From positions 152,130,437 through 152,194,436 of the forward strand of contig NC_068982.1 in assembly GCF_001194135.2 (NCBI RefSeq): a stretch of 64,000 nt of DNA, given 5' to 3'. Each line of letters opens with the position of its first letter. The first letter of the stretch is position 1. The notes beneath the pieces were generated by a model. The model searched no databases and was not told the DNA's origin. It worked only from the letters and a program-made list of their open reading frames with translations. The position numbers and the translations under genes are program-made. The stretch comes from Octopus bimaculoides (Eukaryota). Of this stretch, positions 53,149 through 64,000 are shown piece by piece.

Positions 53149-54396
53149 GTCATTAAGAATGAAATGTCTGAATTTGAACTGAAAGTTTATTTTACTCTAT
53201 CTCAACAAAAAACAATGCAGTTAATCAAAGTATGCACCTAAATTATTAACACAATTTTGCCATTTTATTGGTCGCTTATTTATGCCAGCAACAAAGAATT
53301 CTGGAGATCAAGGCATGATAAAATCACAAAGGGCTGTTTTTGCATCTTCTTTAGATTTGAAGTTTTTTTCTTGCAAAAAAATTGCCTAATGCCTGGAAAA
53401 CATGATAGTTAGTTGGTGCAAGGTCTAATGAATATAATGGATAACAGAGTACTTCCAAGTTCAGTTCCTATAACTTGAGTAGTGTTCTTTGTGCAAACAC
53501 GTGCTCAAGAATTGTCGTGCAAGAGAATTGTCGCTATTGACCAATCTCAGTTGTTTAATTGCAAGTTCATTCATCATTTCATCCAAATAGCTGGCGTATA
53601 CATCTGCTGTAATTGACTTACGAAGTCTCTTGAAACTGTAGTGGGTGACACCAGTGCTGGACCACCAAACAAACACCATTAGCTTTTTTTTGGTGAATAT
53701 TCTTTTTTGGATTATGTTTTGGTACTTCGTCTCTATCCAACCACCATGCAGAATGCTTGCTATTGTTGAAAAGAATCCATTTTTCACCATACATTTTTTC
53801 ACACAACAATACGATGTAAAAATGGTTCACATTGATGCTGTGACAGCAAATTTCAAGATTATGTGTAATTTGATGCTCGTTCAGTTTGTGTGGGTACTTG
53901 TCCAGTTTTTTTACCTCAGTTGGAATTGAAACATCAAACCTTGCTGCTAACTCACACGTAGTTTGAGATGTATCCACTTCCATTAGTTTCTAGCTCATCA
54001 TTATCCACCTTGGTCTCCGGTCTACCACAAGGCTGATTTTCAAGAGTAAAGTCACCAGACCAGAACTTCTCAAAACATCAACGTACAGTGTGCTCGTTTG
54101 CCACATCTTCACCAAACACCTCATTGATGTTTCAAGCTGTCTGGGATGCATTGGTTCCATGACAGAACTCATATACATAATCAACATGAATTTTTGATCT
54201 ATCCATGGGTTCACAAAAATTGATTTGTAAGAGAAAACTCACAATATAATCAGACACCATGAATTGCATTTCGAAAAGTGATGATGAAACTCTTCAAAGT
54301 TGTAAAAACAAAGAATTGTCAGGATAAGACATTAGAGTTAATGACTGTCAAACTTGGTACATAAGAAAATCAGACATTTCACTCTTAATGACCTGA
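53145..54396 (-). mobile_element. Full-length (1252 bp) but decayed mariner transposon with TIRs and TA target duplication
   Basis: Left TIR tcaggtcattaagaatgaaatgtctga vs right tcagacatttcactcttaatgacctga (1 mismatch in 27 nt), with TA on both sides. Frameshifted transposase reads QTTCELAARFDVSIPT, W..DE.PKHNPKKNIHQKK, MVFVWWSSTGVTHYSF and ITADVY...LDEM..ELAIKQ.RLVN. Confidence 0.93.
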
Positions 54397-55267
54397 TATA
54401 TGATTCTGCCTATATATACATTCATATGAGATGCATTCTAGATGTTTTGAGACTTTTCCGGGAAAGATATTTATTAATTTCAAAGAACGACAAAAATCAA
54501 ATCACCTTCAAAGTAGGACCCTCTGATTTCAATGCACTTGTAGCACTCCAGCCACCTTCTGAAGTTCCCATGCAAGTCCTCCAAAGTTATAGTGTCCAGG
54601 ACTATAACTGTTGTAGCCTATATTTTCTTACTGTGTAACTAGTCAGTTTGAAGAGGAGTGGTATATGTATGCATTTGTGAATGTGTTAGGTGTTGGTGAA
54701 AACTTAATAATAAGAGGGAAAAAAGAGGAGAGAATAAGGAGAAAGTAGGGAGATAAAAGGAAGGAGAAATCTATATGGGAAGGAGTAAGTATATATGACT
54801 CAGAAGGAACAAAAGGATGGGCCAGAGTAAGAAGGGAGGAAAATATCACACACACACACACACATACATAGCTTAAATGTGGAAAATAATTATTCAAGGT
54901 ACATACGTTAAAATAAACAAGTACATTTTATATATCCATTTTCTGGATATGTGACTGTTTTTAGTGAAAAAGTATATATATAATTTATTTTGTTTGATCT
55001 AATGTCTGTTTTCTTTTTTCAATGGGGTTAAATGTATTTACATCATGCTCTTCTTATCACTCACTCTTATTTGTATTTCATGTAAAGAAGTTTTTATTTC
55101 ACATGTCTTGAAAAACACTGAGCCAACAGATGATTTTTTACAACAAACATTACTATTTGTTGCTTTGTACTTCTTCTGCTTTGAAGCATGCAACACAGAC
55201 ACATACAAAACGCACACATGCATGCATGCACACACACACACACACACACATAAACATACATACACAT

Positions 55268-55400
55268 GAATAAAACAGGTTTTGTGCGGTTTCCATCTAC
55301 AAAATTCACTCACAAGATATTGGTCAGCTGAGGGCTTCAGTAGAAGACACTTGCCTAAAGTGATGCACACGACATTGTTGATGCAAATGGTTTAACCACA
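55268..55400 (-). mobile_element. SINE family A head, antisense
   Basis: tttccatctacaaaattcactcacaag...tagaagacacttgcctaaagtg is the reverse complement of the family A head. Confidence 0.7.
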
Positions 55401-57530
55401 CAAACATGGCAATGTCTAAATATATATTAAATCTCTGTCTTCATTAATAGATGATGGGACTACCTGTATAAGAGTGTCACTGGCTTTTATACATGCTGGC
55501 TTTGCTACAATTTTGAAAACCACTGGATTCGTCAAATGCCAGCTGAAAATTAAGGAAAATTCAAATATTTTCTATATGTTTGAAATCTATATACTTGAAA
55601 GTTCTTAACCTTCAGAATGGAACATTAATAATACAATTCAGAAGAAGGCTATAATAATGTTATTAGTGATAGAAATAAATATTTAATAGATGTAATAAGA
55701 TTATTTCTTCATGGAAAAGTTGATGATACATACTTTATAACTTTAGGAGAAAAGAAAATCCTTTTGGTATCAATGTAGAGAGGACTAAAATTCTTCTATT
55801 CATGTGGATGCTAACAATGACCTCAGTAAGATCATATTTGATGAGGTCATCTTAATAATCAAAATCATCAATTACTTTACACATCAAGTGCCATGCCACT
55901 CGTAGTCTCCATCATTGGTGCATTGCTTTTATATGCACTATCTTGCAATCCATAACTGTATTAGATGCCTGCAAACACTGTTTACATAACCTCCTTCTTC
56001 AGTGTTCTGTTTAGCTTTGATAAATTATAATTATTATATAACTATATGTTATCCAATGTGGATAATATTATTCTGCCTCCAGTAGAATACATTTCTGATA
56101 TTTAGAAACAAAGAGATGACTTTGAACTAAGGATTTCCTGCTTCTCTTGTGATGATCTCCTTCATATCTATTTTCAAATATAGCTTCTCTGAGTTTCAGT
56201 AATATCCTGTGTACCTAAGATTAGAGACTTGATCATATTTGATGTGAGAGCAGGTCTCAAATTTAATATCTTTGTTGATGTCAAATGCAATATATATGTA
56301 CTATATTGGTAAAATCTGTGCTAACATACTATAGTGAGCCAAGAAATTGTTGATTAATTAAAATTACAGATATGGTGAGCAGAAAGAATCACTAGCTTAA
56401 TGATTAATTTTGATCAAGAAAGTACAAGGAGACAGTCATAATGTTTAATTAAAATAAAATAGAATGTGGGCAATGCAGTAGAAGGTGACTGATTTTTACA
56501 ATACAGTGACTTGAAGATGTACTGATTTTTGTTGAATAAACATCGAGTGGCATAACATAAAAGAAGGAAAATAGAGAATTAATCAAGAATTTATACAGCC
56601 TCAAAACAAAATTGAGAGGTTGGAGTTAATATACAAATGCTTGAACCTAACTTACCATTTGGTTTTCATATAGAGCATGTCCCTGGATATTTTCCTAAGT
56701 CCTTCAATGTACTGTATTATTTATTTAGTATTTTGTTAAAAGATCCAAATTCACTGACATTTTTCCCATTTTGACATACAAATACAAAATAAGTGATTCT
56801 TTTTGGTAGAATATTTTCAAAAGTGTCTATTTATCTGTCTGTTTATCTCACTATCAACATGTTTTTCACTCTCCTGACTTTTATTCTTGATATACAAAAT
56901 TCTGGTAAAATATACAGTGACTTAAGCAAATTAATATTACATATATAAATTATCTATATATTGCAACATTTTGAGTAGCAATTGCATAAAATATATATTA
57001 CAACATAATCAGTAATACATAAATAAAGAATACATTACATCACATTTACTAACAATGAAGAAAAAATACATCATTGGTACATGACAACATATTCAGTGAC
57101 AATTATATAAAAATACATTGCATCTTTCTTTAACAATTATGTAAAAATTATTTAAAAAATACTTTACAATATTTTCATTAACAATTGCATAAAAGATGTT
57201 CTGTTATTCTTGCATGAAAGCTACATTACAAGTCCAGTAACAATTACACTTATACATATCATTTATTATGAACTATTTGATATCTGATTCATTATTTTTG
57301 GTTTTGTTTAATTTACAATTTGGTGAAGTACGAAGCAGATTTTGTTCTGGGTTGATATATATTTCTGTATTTGTGACAGAAATGCCTAATTACATTTTAT
57401 CACCTTCCTTATATCAAATAATTTTGTGTTTGTTGCATTTGATTAATTCTGCATTTTGAAATATAGCAATAATTAATTAATATTGATTATTTTTCTCCTC
57501 TATTTTTATTTTACCTTTGTCCCCTGATAG

Positions 57531-57749
57531 GAAGCACATTGGGCTGAGCAATATACTTGGGCTCTTTTCAAGGCTTTATCACACATGCTGTGTATAGGGT
57601 ATGGCCGGTTTCCACCGCAGAATATGACTGATACCTGGCTCACAATTCTTAGTATGCTTAGTGGCGCCACCTGCTACGCACTATTCCTAGGTCACACGAC
57701 AACACTTATACAGTCTTTTGACACATCAAGACGACTCTACAACGAAAAG
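57531..57749 (+). CDS. HCN: HCN channel exon: pore helix, CIGYG selectivity filter, S6 and start of C-linker
   Basis: Polypyrimidine tract and ...cccctgatAG at 57529-57530, donor GTaatt at 57750. The 219-nt exon translates to [88 protein letters not shown] is diagnostic of HCN channels. Confidence 0.98.
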
Positions 57750-58189
57750 GTAATTATTTTGCAATTTGAAATTATCTAAATTCTGTTAAATTCTAATAAA
57801 TAAATTCATTCATTCACGCATTAATCAATCAATTAATTAAAATACTAATGGTTTCTATGGGGATTCTTCCATTTCATTTTATTGAAAAAAATATTCATCT
57901 TGCTTTACTATGTCATTAGCAAGGTAATTTTGAAGGGCTATATTTTATAGTAGTATCTAAAATAAACTTAAAATTTCTTTAATTAGGCAACTTTTAACAA
58001 ATGATACAAAGTCTGCCATAGTTTGATTCTGTATTGGTCTTTACATGTTAATGTATGACTGTATGTTTAAGAGTATTTAAGTGCCTTTATATATGTTCAT
58101 GCATACTATATAACAGTTCATAAAATATGTTGTCTGTTTGTTAGAGAGTAATCTTAGAAATATCTCAGTCGTCTTTCCTATTCTAAGAC

Positions 58190-59400
58190 AGTGCAAATTG
58201 GATGTAGATTGAAGGAATTGGATCTGTAGTCTTCGAATCTGCTTTCTCCATTCTGGTTTTGAGAAGCCTAATTTCTCAAGATTGGTATTTAGGCATATCC
58301 CAAGGCTCCAATAATTACAGATATAAACCTGAACTTGTAATCTGGATAGAGTAACTGCAGATTTCTCAATAGTTCAACATAGGTATTCTCTTTTTTACTG
58401 ATCTTCATCTTTATGTTCACATCAGCTGGGCAGCTAATTTCCCCAACTGTGCACAGTTTCTATTCTCTATCCCAAATCATTATATAAGGTCTGGTGTGCT
58501 TACATTTTATTGAGGTCTTCACTGGGACATTCCACCAGTACTCCTTTTTATTATGAGTGGCTATGGCTTCTACCATACTATGGATTCTTATTTTGTTTGT
58601 CCTCAGGATTATCCTTCTGATGGATTTCGTTATAGAGTGTCCTAGTTACAACAACATGTCTCATCAGTAGATAATACCATGATGACATTTTCAAACAACT
58701 GCTTATGCTGTGGGTGATATCTTCAGTATTAACTCCACAAAGTTTGCACCAGTTGTCACATTTTACTGTTTTTTCCTGCATCTCTATCCCTTTTGTGCAT
58801 CAGGTACTTGGTTGATATTTCCTGTTCCTGGATTGCAAACACATGCCCTTCAAAGTGGGAGGTAGTAATTCAGCTATTGGTCCATGATAGACTGCTTTGA
58901 TGATCAATGTTACTATCATCTTAGAGCTTTCTACTAACATATCCATGCATAGTCTTCTGCTTATATAGGCTCCTCCTTTCATCTGATGATATGTTGCAAT
59001 GGAGTCATGCAACTTCTTTGGGCATGTATTCTAGGTTATCAGACAAAAAATATTGCTCAAGGAGCTGCCTTCCAAGTCTTATGATGTTATCAGCCTCATG
59101 TATGCAAACTTGGTCAAGAGATGCACTTCAAAACTTGGTGGTTAAAAGATGTTGCCAAAGGCATATGATACGACATTCAAAGGGATTTTAGATCGATGTT
59201 AAGACTCTACCTCCTTGCTTTCATTTTAGGTAGAGCTGGTCTACGTTATTGTTTATGTGGAAATTATGTATGCTTGTTAGTATGTTCCAGGTTTTCACAT
59301 CAATGGCTCGGATCTCATCAAGCAGCCCAAATGTTGGTATGAGTACTGGCACTGCAAACATATTGTGGGCCACTGTTTTATTGAATGCAGAGAGTTCTGA
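58190..59400 (-). mobile_element. R4/Dong-like non-LTR retrotransposon 3' part (zinc knuckle plus restriction-like endonuclease), decayed
   Basis: Minus-strand fragments read DVKTWNILT...FHINNNVDQLYLK*KQGGR.L, CKLCGVNTEDITHSISSC....YLLMRH.VV and WWNVPVKT....HTRPYIMIWDRE...EISCPADVNI....KKENTY..LLRNLQLLYP....FISVIIGALG. These fit a CCHC knuckle followed by a (R/K)PD...E...K RLE domain. Confidence 0.85.
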
Positions 59401-60107
59401 GGTCCAAATTTTCTTTATTCAGCTGTAATATTCTTTAGTGTCATGTGTTTTGTTACAGGCTGCAAGATTTGTTTTCATCCACTCCTTGTCAGATATGTAT
59501 GTATGTATGTATGTATGCATGTTTGTGGGGGGTGCATACATGTATGTATGTATTTATGTATGTCAGTCAGTCACAATTCAACAGCAATATAATTCATGAT
59601 CTTCTTTGTCTCTGGATTAACATGTGCAACAATACTTCTCATGCAAGAATAGATAAATTAGCAGATGACTGTGCAGTTATTAATATAGTATGAAATGATG
59701 ATTAAATTTATTATCATAACATCTTTATATTCTCTGCAATTTCATTTTTTATTATTAGAAATGTAACTACATTACTATGAAGTGAGACTTAAAGAAAGCT
59801 GACAATATTTCTATAATATATTTTTGTCATTCTCTTTGATGTTTTTCCTCTACAACCAAGCAATATAATCAGTATATTCCCTTCTTTCAAGGTGTCTTAT
59901 TCACTTGTATCTGAGATGTATGTTAGATATATGAGTGGAGCTTTTAGCAGAGCATACATTCTTTCTTAATCTTTATCTCATATTTGCCTGGGTCTTCCTA
60001 TTGATTTTATTACTTTTGGTATAAGGAAAGAGATCTACTTTAATCATCTACCTCCTCCTTTCCTCCTTTTTCTACCTCATTTTTTATCATCATCATCATC
60101 ATCATGA

Positions 60108-60302
60108 GTGAGCTGGCAGAATTGTTACAACACCGGACAAAATGCTTAGCAGCATTTCTTTCAGCTTCACGATCGGAGTTTGGATACTGCTGATGTCAAC
60201 TTTGCCTTTCATCTTTTTAGGGTCAATAAAACAAGTACCAACTGAGCAATGGGGCCAATGTAAGCAATTAATCCACCACCCAAATTTTAGATCTTGAAAA
60301 GA

Positions 60303-60336
<34 letters not shown>

Positions 60337-60545
60337 CTGATTAGCAGAAACATCAAAGCATTGAACAAAATGTTTTATAGCATTTCTTCCAATTCTTTAT
60401 GTACTCAGTTCAGATCCTGCTGAGATCAACTTTGCCTTTTATCCTTCAGGGTCAACCGAAGAAGGTACCAGTGAAGTACTATGATTGATAGTATTGACAA
60501 ACCCCTCCCCTTCAAAATTGCTGGCCTAGTGTAAAAATTTGAAAC
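60108..60545 (+). mobile_element. Two tandem SINE family B copies separated by (ATT)n
   Basis: gctggcagaattgttacaacaccggacaaaatgcttagc starts the copy at ~60112. A second degenerate copy starts at ~60338. Confidence 0.72.
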
Positions 60546-61249
60546 TACTATAATTATTATTATTATTATCATTATTTGCTCACATTGGATATGTTTCACT
60601 TGAATTTTACTATGTTTCATTGAATGAAAAAGTTTCTTTCTGAAATATTTACAAAAAAGATATTCTGTAACTTTGGTAAGCCTGCACCATTTCCTCAAGG
60701 AAAACAAAAGGCCTATCTTTTAAGAATTTAATTTTGAAAGTATTTTGATTATTTACAAATTTCAAAGATTAGTTTTTTTTTCTGCTGAGGTAGAGGTGAA
60801 AGGTCAAAAAACAGAAAATAGCAGTAAGCTTAACATCCAATTTTTTTTTTTTAATATAAAAATATTTGTTGAAAATTCTGAAAATAAAGACAAACTACAT
60901 GAAAAGGACAAACAAAGGAAAATGATAGCTTTTACGCAAACAGGTGTGATTACAATGATACATGCAGACATTGGTGCTTCAAAAAATACGGAAAAGAAAT
61001 CACAGATGAATAAAATTTCTAAACATAGACCCTGGCAACAGACAAAATTTTCGTAACTAAGCAGACATCAACAGCTTTGTTATAGTCTTAAGTTAAAAAG
61101 ATCTTTTAAATACAACACATTTCTCTGAGAAAATGAAGAATGTGGAAAGTTACTTCATGAAAAACTGTGATCCCTCACCTGATGATTTTATCAAAGAAAG
61201 GATAAGCAGAAGAGTAACATAATACTAGCCCTCAAAACGTGGAGGAGCT

Positions 61250-61930
61250 CTCTGTATGCCCTCCAAAGTGCACTTAAAGGAAGTCCTGGCCAATGTGTTG
61301 GATGGTGTGGTTTCCATCATCCAAGGTAGGGGAGGAAAAAGTGTGTACAGGGTTTTCAAAACTAAGTATGAGGCAAGATGGCAGAGTTACTGGACCATAC
61401 ATCTTTCCCATGCTCATTCCATAAGACATGAAGAAGTGTAATATAAGGTCCCAGTTAAGGATATTGGCTCAGATATTAACTCTTGACTCATTATAACTTC
61501 CGTTGCACAGAATGGGCAGACTGTCAATGCCAAAATGACCAAGCATACTGTTTCTCTTGAGAGTAAAAATGCAGTTTTTATCAAGGACTCACAAAACCAC
61601 ATCAGTTTTTAAAGTCAAGCACAAAAAGCTGATTATCAACAAAGGAAATAGTCCTCAATATTCAAGGGGCAATTATCTCAAAACTAGATGATTACCTCAG
61701 TCAATGGTGATGAATATTTCACAAACCTATTCAACTGATTTCTCTTCTAATCAACTGTGCATAGACTTCACAGATACCATTGCATATGCAAAACAATCCA
61801 GAAGCACCAACCACCAAGGAAGCATGTGAAACTATCCACAAAATAAATAAGAGTTCCATGTGAAGATCATCAACATACCTAAGACTTCAAAACATGTTTC
61901 AAAAAATATTTTGGCTCCTGATGAGAGAGT
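61250..61930 (+). mobile_element. Heavily decayed RTE-like LINE fragment
   Basis: 61690-61930 aligns by eye to 35520-35750 (caaacctattcaa..., caatccagaagcaccaaccaccaagga). Confidence 0.4.
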
Positions 61931-62351
61931 GTGATCATACATAAATCTGTAAACTGCTTATATTCAATGCCATGGAACTACATTTTAACAGTTATAATAC
62001 TGTTTCATTGGTCTTACTACTAATTTTGAGGTTAACAACATCAAAGAAACACTTAGTAACTATACTCACCTGGCTTTTGGAGGGGTTAATTAACCTATAT
62101 AGAGAGAACGTTGGTCAGTACTCCTTAAGAGTGATGTAAGGATGTCACATACCTTAGCGAACCAAGTAATTTTCCATTTTTATGTACATATATATATATA
62201 TATATTATGTGTATGTTGTATATGTTTATACAATGCAATGTGTGTGCATTATGTGTTATATATATATATTTATATATACAATCTAAGCTTTTACAAAATT
62301 GTTTGAATGTAGAAATAAAAATGAAAATTCTTTTATTTTTATTTGTTTTAG

Positions 62352-62498
62352 TTTAAACAAGTAGAGGAATATATGGTGTGTCGCAAACTGCCTCGAACAC
62401 TTCGTCAGCGTATTTCCGATTATTATGAACATCGGTTCCAAGGGAAAATGTTTGATGAAGATACCATCCTTGGTGAATTAAACGAATGCTTACGGCAG
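62352..62498 (+). CDS. HCN: HCN channel exon: C-linker
   Basis: Acceptor atttgttttAG at 62350-62351 and donor GTaagt at 62499. The 147-nt exon translates to [49 protein letters not shown], the HCN C-linker motif KQVE.YM...KLP...DYYEHR.QGKMFDE. Confidence 0.97.
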
Positions 62499-62598
62499 GT
62501 AAGTACTTTTTCAGAGTCAATATTATTGTTGATTTAGTGAATGTTTTTTAAAATTTCAATACTAACTGGTAAAGAACTGTTTTATCTCCAGCCACACC

Positions 62599-62819
62599 TA
62601 TGAGGGGAAGCTGAAAAGTTTCTGGTTTTGGACAAAAGAGAATATAGGAGGATCAGTTAATTATGATTTTATTGAACATATTCCCCTCTTAGATTCACAC
62701 ACTTATTGCAGTGGTCCTTCAGTTTTTGTAAGCCCTATAAAAGAACTTGGAAGTTTGGGCCTCCAACCAGGTCTTTTGTAATATGTGTAAAGCCAGTAAC
62801 TTTTCATTACTCCTTCCTA
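62599..62819. mobile_element. mariner-type MITE, about 220 bp (copy 2)
   Basis: TAtgaggggaagctgaaaagtttctggtttt ... aaagccagtaacttttca. The internal sequence is shared with 43467-43690. Confidence 0.8.
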
Positions 62820-63547
62820 AGCTGCAATGTACATATTACTGCAACTGTTGCATTAGCCCCTTCATTGCCAACACCACAACTCCAAATATCTCAAATCCAC
62901 TGATATCTATATATTATAGGTATGACTGGTTGCTGTTTAGGTGATCACTTCGTGAACATCAATCAGAAGTTCACAGTAATGTTGTAGGCATCCTAAAATG
63001 CATGGTTCACTACTTTAATGCTGGTCATTCTCTCACTACCTAGACCTCATTGCTGTTTGCTAACACCTTGGCTCATGTGTGTGTTTTGCAATGCAGTTAA
63101 GAATTCTAATGAATTTTGGGAAAGCATCCTCTACTATAGCCTCAGGCTAACCAAAGCCTCCTAATTTGGGCAATGTAAACTGAAAGAAGTTAGTCATATA
63201 TGTCTGTACACTTACATAGAATGTGAGTGTGTGTATGTTTGTCCCTCCTTGTTTTTTTTTTTTATGTTATGTCATTGTCATAAATGGACAGTACTGCAAT
63301 AGAAGCAGTGAAGTTCATTTCCAATCTTTTGTGAAAAAATGTCTGGGCACAGAATAATATTATGCATAGGAAGGGAATCCAGATGCATAGGAAATCTACC
63401 TCTGCAAATTTTGTCTTCAGCATTAAAACAATGATGAAGACGATGATGACAATAATGTTCTTACTTGTGTTGTTTAACCCTGTCTGGACTCCTTTATTTG
63501 AGAACAATTTCTTTGTTTACAACTTGCCCTTCATACATACATAAATG

Positions 63548-63826
63548 CTTCGAGCGAGATCGTCGCCAGTGCCCCTGGACTGGCTTGTGCGGGTGGCACA
63601 TAAAAGACACCATTTCGAGCGTGGCCGTTTTCGTGCGGGTGACACGTAAAAGCACCCACTACACTCTCTGAGTGGTTGGCATTAGGAAGGGCATCCAGCT
63701 GTAGAAACTCTGCCAAATTAGACTGGAGCCTGGTGTTGCCATCCGGTTTCACCAATCCTCAGTCAAATCGTCCAACCCATGCTAGCATGGAAAGCGGACG
63801 TTAAACGATGATGATGATGATGATGA
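63548..63826 (+). mobile_element. Young RTE-tail retroposon just upstream of the CNBD exon
   Basis: Near-identical to 44429-44712. Confidence 0.88.
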
Positions 63827-63923
63827 TTTATATATGCATATACGCATTTATATAGTACCTTGTCATATCTTAATACTAAAACCGGTTTTCTTCTTTGCAT
63901 TTAATTTTTCCCCCATAATACAG

Positions 63924-64000
63924 GAAGTTATAAACCACAACTGCAGATCTTTGGTTGCTTCAGTACCATTCTTTACAAACGCAGATCCACAGTTTGTTTC
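63924..64000 (+). CDS. HCN: HCN channel exon: end of C-linker and start of cyclic-nucleotide-binding domain (cut by window edge)
   Basis: Acceptor ttttcccccataatacAG at 63922-63923. Translates to [26 protein letters not shown], matching HCN N.NCR.LVASVP.F.NADP.FV. In phase with the previous exon. Confidence 0.95.

Noticed and set aside
57268-57459. 63-aa ORF just upstream of the pore exon
   Set aside because: Low-complexity hydrophobic translation of T-rich intron sequence, with no HCN similarity and no usable splice pair.

Overview
AT-rich animal genomic DNA, dense in microsatellites and retroposons, with six N gaps. The repeat families look like those of an octopus or other coleoid cephalopod; this is inference from repeat style, not a database match. 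The one host gene I can support is an HCN (hyperpolarization-activated cyclic nucleotide-gated, Ih) channel on the + strand. Four phase-0 exons are visible: S5 (47710-47859), pore/CIGYG/S6 (57531-57749), C-linker (62352-62498) and start of the CNBD (63924 to window end). The S1-S4 exons were not found, so the first ~47.7 kb is probably one very large intron, unless an exon hides in a gap. The introns hold several LINE types (RTE, BovB-like RTE, an R4/Dong-like RLE element), Penelope remnants, mariner elements and MITEs, tRNA-derived SINEs and several long fold-back hairpins. The best leads are: (i) a tRNA-headed SINE carrying a degenerate minimal hammerhead-ribozyme motif, (ii) a 132-bp near-perfect intronic hairpin with A:C mismatches, a plausible ADAR substrate, (iii) competing tandem 5' splice sites after the S5 exon, and (iv) a CpG-retaining intronic patch. 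I found no evidence of a prokaryotic-type system such as CRISPR. Most ORFs in the supplied track are microsatellite artefacts.
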